Assembly (NCBI GenBank): GCA_040285825.1
Contig: JAUPSS010000005.1
Span: 744,001 to 808,000, forward strand
Length of the DNA: 64,000 bases
Direction: 5' to 3'
Source of the DNA: Eukaryota sp. TZLM1-RC
Taxonomy: Eukaryota > Protista > Metamonada: BaSk clade
In this document: one piece after another, positions 58,207 through 64,000 of the stretch
How the letters are laid out: every line of letters starts with the position of its first letter
Position numbering within the stretch: position 1 is the stretch's first letter
Program-made: the position numbers and the translations under genes
The notes under the pieces: generated by a model
Told to the model about the DNA's origin: nothing
Seen by the model: the letters and a program-made list of their open reading frames with translations, nothing else
The model's database searches: none

Positions 58207-61200
58207 ATGTTGCTAGACTTCAACATTCCTAATCTGGCTTATGCACCCTCGGTGAAGCATCTTCTTGCCTCGTCAAAGTCAGAGGACCATTCCACCATTC
58301 TTGCTGACATTTGTCGATACCTTCTTAGTCGATTCAAGGAGAATCTCCTCACTCCAAAAGAGGAACAGACCTATACTACGGACCTTCACCACTGGCTTGA
58401 ACAATTATCAACCTCCTCCAAACCTCACATTGTCGCCCCCTTGTTGAACCTCTACCACGACGTCCATGGTCCCTCTCTCCACCTATCTTCCATTACTTCA
58501 TCCTTTCTCAAATCACATCCATCTTTCCTCTCCGCCAGAACCCTCCTTCTCGAGTGCCTTCTTACACAAAACTTGCAGGATTTTTACTCTCTATTTGAAC
58601 AATCACAGACTTTTCTGCGGTGTACTAATTCTACATTGTATTATAGAAGGTTGTTGAATGGTTTGAAGACCCAGTTAAATCATTCCCATGAAGTGACACG
58701 TCATCATTTTGACCTTGTTATGACCTTTTTGTTGACCAGCGTTGACTTTTGTTTGTGTTGTTTTTGGTCTAGCTTCACCAGTGAGATACAGGACCCTGAA
58801 TTCAATTACAACACAGCAGTCCTGTTCTTTCACGAGATTGTCACGTCATCAAGTCAATATATTGACCGTTTTGGACACATTTTGAGCGGGTCAAGTAGAA
58901 AAATCTTGACCTTTTATCTGCACTCGTTTCTGATCTATTTGGATTTTTTCACAATGATTTCTGTTTTTCAAAACTTTGAACGGGATAGAAACGCCAAATT
59001 TTCAGTTTTGCCCTCTTTGATCTCTTCTATTTGTCACAAACTTGTCACCTTTCCAAAAATTTTACAAAATTGGCAACATTCGTCTTCTAAATTTACCTTT
59101 TTACCACCTTATTTATTGAATTGCAGAGTGTTTTCAATTTTATTGTATTTCTTTACTGTTAATTCAAAGTATTTATCAACTCTTGACTGGGACAACTCTC
59201 GACTAATAACCGATCTTCATGATTATGAGTTTTTAACTGGGATACTAAATTTAGAAACCGAACAAATAGATGACCTTCCGTTTGTGGATTACACTCCAAT
59301 CACTATAGACTTGATTATCCAATCAATCACTGATTCGAGTCTTGTATTTTCTGACCTGATGACGTTATCCCAGTCAAGTCTCACTAGTGTAGTCTTTCAA
59401 AACTATTTATACCTATCAAATTCTTTTATTTTGAAACCAAAATCATTTAGAAAAGTCACCAGCATTGTTAATAAATGTTTTGGAAGTTTTCCATCTCAAT
59501 TAACTGTACGATTGGTGTTTCAAACCATTAGAAATTTGCTCAAAAATTGTGGAATAGATAGTTATAGTAGAGCAGTTGTTGGAACTTTATTTGCTATCCA
59601 ATATTCTAAAATATTTGGTCTTTTTCCCTCAAAATTTGAAAAGTTGGCATTATGGTTCGTTTCTTCCACTGACAAGCTCAAAATTTCTCTCTTGAGCTCT
59701 TTTGAACCTCAAAGACTTTTCCTTTTAGGCTCTTATCTTTACAGCATTGACATTTTCTCTTATGGCAGACTGTGTTTGGAAGCTATTATTAATTTGATTA
59801 GTTTTAGACCAAATACAAATAAATTTGGTTTGGCCAGGAATTCTTTTGAATATTTGTTAGATTCAAATTATTTCTATAGTGCCAATAGTTTCATTAATGG
59901 TTCTTTTGTTTCATCTCAATTTAATTCACCATCAAGTTCAAGTATCAGTCCCAACTTTACCCCCAACCAATTCAGAGATTCTTTTACTGGTAATTTCAAA
60001 AGTAATAGAAGTAGTGTTTTGGAATTAATTAGGAAATACAGGTTTTCTAAAATATTCAATCCTATTACTCAACATTCAGCACCAGTTTGTTTGGCCTTTT
60101 GCTATTGTTTGGACTCTTTTAGGTCTGATTTTGACTTGAAAAATATGGGTTTAATTAATAATTACTTAACAACTCTACTAGAATTATTAGCAAATGATGG
60201 TTTTGGTTTCTTAAATGAACGAGAATGGGAAATATTAAATCAATTGATTGAAAGTAACTCAAAATCTGTTGTTTATTCTTCAACATCACCCTTTTTCTCC
60301 CATCAGAATAGTCCAAAAGCTAACCCTAACCCTAACACTAACAGAATTCCTTTCGAAAAAAAGTCAGCCGTTAGTGAGTCGCCACTTTATGGTTATTTAC
60401 ACAGTGATCGAGGATCTGAAGCTATCTCGAGTCCTCTTGTTTTGAAAGATTTAGAATCAGAGGAAAGTGACGGTTCTGACTCTGAAAATTTCAACCCAGA
60501 TGGAACTCCGAAAATTGGTATACCTGACCAAAAATTTAAGAAAATTATTCCTCAATGTAACGAAATAATTTTTGGCTATTCCGATGTTGAAGGTGATTCT
60601 GTTAATACACCAGATCAAGATCAGCCTGATTTTCAATCAATTCTTTCTGCACTTAATAATCATGTCAATGATTCTTTTAAAGATGAAGAAATAGAGCAAA
60701 GTTCTGATATTGTTGTTGATTTCAATGGTGAAAATTTAGTCAACTCAGGTCAAGAAAGTCTTGAAGATTCTGAACAAGATGAAAAATCTGATGTAGAGTT
60801 CTTTGATGATGAAAAGAATTTTGATGCCTCAACTGTGTTAGCAGTCCAATCACAAGAAGAGATCAATCAATCAGATAGTGAAAATTTGAATGGAATTTTG
60901 AACACTGGTGTTCCTGAAGCAGTGCCTTCAATAGAAATTGTTGTAGATGAAAGTGATCAATTCGAAGAAAATCATGGAGCAAACGATACATTAAATGATT
61001 TGATACACGAAGAAGAGATCACTTCCCAAAAATCTGGTGATAAATTTTCAAAAGAACACCTTGGTTCAATGACTGAACAATTGAACATGGAAATTTCTGA
61101 TTTGGAAGCTAACATTACTATTCAAAGCCAAGGAGTTGATATTAGTTCAATTTGTACTGGACAAAGCGAAACAGTAGAAAAAGATCATTATAGTGAAGTT

Positions 61201-63627
61201 ACTGAACAAGATTTACCAGAAGAGATCAATCAATCAAATAGGCAAAATTTTGATGATATTTCAGTTGTTCATCCTGACAAACAAGAAAGTATTGGGGATG
61301 AAGAGATCAATCAATCAAATAGGGAAAATTTTGATGATGTTTCAGTTGTTCATCCTGACAAACAAGAAAGTATTGTGGATGAAGAGATCAATCAATCAAA
61401 TAGGGAAAATTTTGATGATGTTTCAGTTGTTCATCCTGACAAACAAGAAAGTATTGTGGATGAAGAGATCAATCAATCAAATAGGGAAAATTTTGATGGC
61501 GAGAATGAGGAATCAAATGTTGAAAGTTCAGTTTCAATTGAAATTGTTGGTTTAGCAAGAAGTTCTGGTGATGAGCAACCCACAGATATAGTCAACTCAG
61601 GTCAAGAAAGTCTTGAAGATTCTGAACAAGATGAAAAATCTGATGTAGAGTTCTTTGATGATGAAAAGAATTTTGATGCCTCAACTGTGTTAGCAGTCCA
61701 ATCACAAGAAGAGATCAATCAATCAGATAGTGAAAATTTGAATGGAATTTTGAACACTGGTGTTCCTGAAGCAGTGCCTTCAATAGAAATTGTTGTAGAT
61801 GAAAGTGATCAATTCGAAGAAAATCATGGAGCAAACGATACATTAAATGATTTGATACACGAAGAAGAGATCACTTCCCAAAAATCTGGTGATAAATTTT
61901 CAAAAGAACACCTTGGTTCAATGGCTGAACAATTGAACATGGAAATTTCTGATTTCGAAGCTAACATTACTATTCAAAGTCAAGGAGTTGATATTAGTTC
62001 AATTTGTACTGGACAAAGCGAAACAGTAGAAGAAGATCATTATAGTGAAGTTACTGAACAAGATTTACCAGAAGAGATCAATCAATCAAATAGGCAAAAT
62101 TTTGATGATATTTCAGTTGTTCATCCTGACAAAGAAGAAAGTATTGGGGATGAAGAGATCAATCAATCAAATAGGGAAAATTTTGATGATGTTTCAGTTG
62201 TTCATCCTGACAAACAAGAAAGTATTGTGGATGAAGAGATCAATCAATCATATAGGGAAAATTTTGATGGCGAGAATGAGGAATCAAATGTTGAAAGTTC
62301 AGTTTCAATTGAAATTGTTGGTTTAGCAAGAAGTTCTGGTGATGAGCAACCCACAGATATAGTCAACTCAGGTCAAGAAAGTCTTGAAGATTCTGAACAA
62401 GATGAAAAATCTGATGTAGAGTTCTTTGATGATGAAAAGAATTTTGATGCCTCAACTGTGTTAGCAGTCCAATCACAAGAAGAGATCAATCAATCAGATA
62501 GTGAAAATTTCAATGGAATTTTGAACACTGGTGTTCCTGAAGCAGTGCCTTCAATAGAAATTGTTGTAGATGAAAGTGATCAATTCGAAGAAAATCATGG
62601 AGCAAACGATACATTAAATGATTTGATACACGAAGAAGAGATCACTTCCCAAAAATCTGGTGATAAATTTTCAAAAGAACACCTTGGTTCAATGGCTGAA
62701 CAATTGAACATGGAAATTTCTGATTTGGAAGCTAACATTACTATTCAAAGTCAAGGAGTTGATACTAGTTCAATTTGTACTGGACAAAGCGAAACAGTAG
62801 AAAAAGATCATTATAGTGAAGTTACTGAACAAGATTTACCAGAAGAGATCAATCAATCAAATAGGGAAAATTTTGATGATGTTTCAGTTGTTCATCCTGA
62901 CAAACAAGAAAGTATTGTGGATGAAGAGATCAATCAATCAAATAGGGAAAATTTTGATGATGTTTCAGTTGTTCATCCTGACAAACAAGAAAGTATTGTG
63001 GATGAAGAGATCAATCAATCATATAGGGAAAATTTTGATGATGTTTCAGTTGTTCATCCTGACAAACAAGAAAGTATTGTGGATGAAGAGATCAATCAAT
63101 CATATAGGGAAAATTTTGATGATGTTTCAGTTGTTCATCCTGACAAACAAGAAAGTATTGTGGATGAAGAGATCAATCAATCATATAGGGAAAATTTTGA
63201 TGATGTTTCAGTTGTTCATCCTGACAAACAAGAAAGTATTGTGGATGAAGAGATCAATCAATCAAATAGGGAAAATTTTGATGATGTTTCAGTTGTTCAT
63301 CCTGACAAACAAGAAAGTATTGTGGATGAAGAGATCAATCAATCAAATAGGGAAAATTTTGATGATGTTTCAGTTGTTCATCCTGACAAACAAGAAAGTA
63401 TTGTGGATGAAGAGATCAATCAATCAAATAGGGAAAATTTTGATGGCGAGAATGAGGAATCAAGTAATGAATGCTCTGATCAATCTCACACAAAACAATC
63501 CTTGTTTATCAATGGTTCTTGTAGAAGCAAAGGAAACGGTTGTTCACAAAGTAAACATAAACCATCAAAAAGGTCTCAGCCTAAGAATAAAAAAGTCAAG
63601 TTTGGTGGAAAGAGGAAGAAGAAATAG
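58207..63627 (+). CDS. 1806-aa hypothetical protein with acidic nested tandem repeats and a basic C-terminus
   Basis: Uninterrupted ORF; about 700-aa non-repetitive N-terminus; basic tail KKVKFGGKRKKK. Confidence 0.8.
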   Translation: MLLDFNIPNLAYAPSVKHLLASSKSEDHSTILADICRYLLSRFKENLLTPKEEQTYTTDLHHWLEQLSTSSKPHIVAPLLNLYHDVHGPSLHLSSITSSFLKSHPSFLSARTLLLECLLTQNLQDFYSLFEQSQTFLRCTNSTLYYRRLLNGLKTQLNHSHEVTRHHFDLVMTFLLTSVDFCLCCFWSSFTSEIQDPEFNYNTAVLFFHEIVTSSSQYIDRFGHILSGSSRKILTFYLHSFLIYLDFFTMISVFQNFERDRNAKFSVLPSLISSICHKLVTFPKILQNWQHSSSKFTFLPPYLLNCRVFSILLYFFTVNSKYLSTLDWDNSRLITDLHDYEFLTGILNLETEQIDDLPFVDYTPITIDLIIQSITDSSLVFSDLMTLSQSSLTSVVFQNYLYLSNSFILKPKSFRKVTSIVNKCFGSFPSQLTVRLVFQTIRNLLKNCGIDSYSRAVVGTLFAIQYSKIFGLFPSKFEKLALWFVSSTDKLKISLLSSFEPQRLFLLGSYLYSIDIFSYGRLCLEAIINLISFRPNTNKFGLARNSFEYLLDSNYFYSANSFINGSFVSSQFNSPSSSSISPNFTPNQFRDSFTGNFKSNRSSVLELIRKYRFSKIFNPITQHSAPVCLAFCYCLDSFRSDFDLKNMGLINNYLTTLLELLANDGFGFLNEREWEILNQLIESNSKSVVYSSTSPFFSHQNSPKANPNPNTNRIPFEKKSAVSESPLYGYLHSDRGSEAISSPLVLKDLESEESDGSDSENFNPDGTPKIGIPDQKFKKIIPQCNEIIFGYSDVEGDSVNTPDQDQPDFQSILSALNNHVNDSFKDEEIEQSSDIVVDFNGENLVNSGQESLEDSEQDEKSDVEFFDDEKNFDASTVLAVQSQEEINQSDSENLNGILNTGVPEAVPSIEIVVDESDQFEENHGANDTLNDLIHEEEITSQKSGDKFSKEHLGSMTEQLNMEISDLEANITIQSQGVDISSICTGQSETVEKDHYSEVTEQDLPEEINQSNRQNFDDISVVHPDKQESIGDEEINQSNRENFDDVSVVHPDKQESIVDEEINQSNRENFDDVSVVHPDKQESIVDEEINQSNRENFDGENEESNVESSVSIEIVGLARSSGDEQPTDIVNSGQESLEDSEQDEKSDVEFFDDEKNFDASTVLAVQSQEEINQSDSENLNGILNTGVPEAVPSIEIVVDESDQFEENHGANDTLNDLIHEEEITSQKSGDKFSKEHLGSMAEQLNMEISDFEANITIQSQGVDISSICTGQSETVEEDHYSEVTEQDLPEEINQSNRQNFDDISVVHPDKEESIGDEEINQSNRENFDDVSVVHPDKQESIVDEEINQSYRENFDGENEESNVESSVSIEIVGLARSSGDEQPTDIVNSGQESLEDSEQDEKSDVEFFDDEKNFDASTVLAVQSQEEINQSDSENFNGILNTGVPEAVPSIEIVVDESDQFEENHGANDTLNDLIHEEEITSQKSGDKFSKEHLGSMAEQLNMEISDLEANITIQSQGVDTSSICTGQSETVEKDHYSEVTEQDLPEEINQSNRENFDDVSVVHPDKQESIVDEEINQSNRENFDDVSVVHPDKQESIVDEEINQSYRENFDDVSVVHPDKQESIVDEEINQSYRENFDDVSVVHPDKQESIVDEEINQSYRENFDDVSVVHPDKQESIVDEEINQSNRENFDDVSVVHPDKQESIVDEEINQSNRENFDDVSVVHPDKQESIVDEEINQSNRENFDGENEESSNECSDQSHTKQSLFINGSCRSKGNGCSQSKHKPSKRSQPKNKKVKFGGKRKKK
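60739..63465 (+). repeat. Nested coding tandem repeat: three large units containing 81-bp subrepeats
   Basis: Units start at 60739, 61591 and 62362 (spacings 852 and 771 bp); the 27-aa subrepeat EEINQSNRENFDDVSVVHPDKQESIVD occurs 3, 2 and 7 times. Confidence 0.95.
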
Positions 63628-63749
63628 GATCAACAGTGTGTATTGATATTTATCTACTTTTGGGTATTTAAATTTTCGTCATTAAGTGGTCATTTTAATT
63701 TATAAAGTCTATTTTTTGTTTTGTGTTGTATAGTCAACTCGGTTTGCGT

Positions 63750-64000
63750 CATGCTCCGAATTGTTCTAAATTGATAACTTCTCGTTCTTCATTACATGAC
63801 GCTGTTACAGACACTGTTTTCAATATGGCATAAACTGCAAGAATTTCGTGTATCAAAGAGCCCCTGCTCTTAAATGGAAGATTATCAGATGAAGCTGATA
63901 CTGTTTTGAATGACTTCTAAAAAATGGTTAAAGAAAAAACCATGAAAAGATTTGATATTTTTTATGGCGTTCTCGCATTAAATTTGCCATTATCAATAGA
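63750..64000 (+). mobile_element. Family A-related fragment with an internal deletion, running off the window
   Basis: Matches 27225-27345 joined directly to about 27610 onward. Confidence 0.8.

Noticed and set aside
62842-63440. Regular 81-bp array as CRISPR-like, and overlapping alternative-frame ORFs
   Set aside because: No unique spacers; it is a coding tandem repeat, and the alternative ORFs are by-products of a unit that is stop-free in that frame.

Overview
Eukaryotic, AT-rich, gene-compact DNA, probably from a flagellated protist (it has an IQCA1/DRC11 homologue). Introns are tiny spliceosomal ones (27-34 nt, plus one of 201 nt) with the branch point fused to the 3' splice site. Host genes are PSMB5 (partial), topoisomerase IB, an ankyrin protein, TBP, eRF3, CCDC47, SAM synthetase, a UBC4-type E2, IQCA1, a KH-like protein, a 1806-aa tandem-repeat protein, tRNA-Asp(GTC) and tRNA-Arg(TCG). 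The spacers are filled with three kinds of element. First, at least nine diverse, mostly decayed Fanzor (eukaryotic TnpB-like) ORFs. Second, several families of RT+RLE (CRE/R2-like) non-LTR retrotransposons with 11-13 bp TSDs. Third, a 4.4-kb Ty3/Gypsy element with 94-bp LTRs. The most striking pattern is that seven Fanzors end about 70-370 bp upstream of a host start codon, all co-oriented with that gene, and several have stem-loops in the gap (candidate omegaRNA scaffolds whose guide would be the host 5' end). The Gypsy element has no tRNA primer-binding site and instead has an 18-bp perfect palindrome across the LTR/gag junction. The SAM synthetase intron restores the frame only with a non-canonical GG acceptor. 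All calls come from manual reading; no database search was run.
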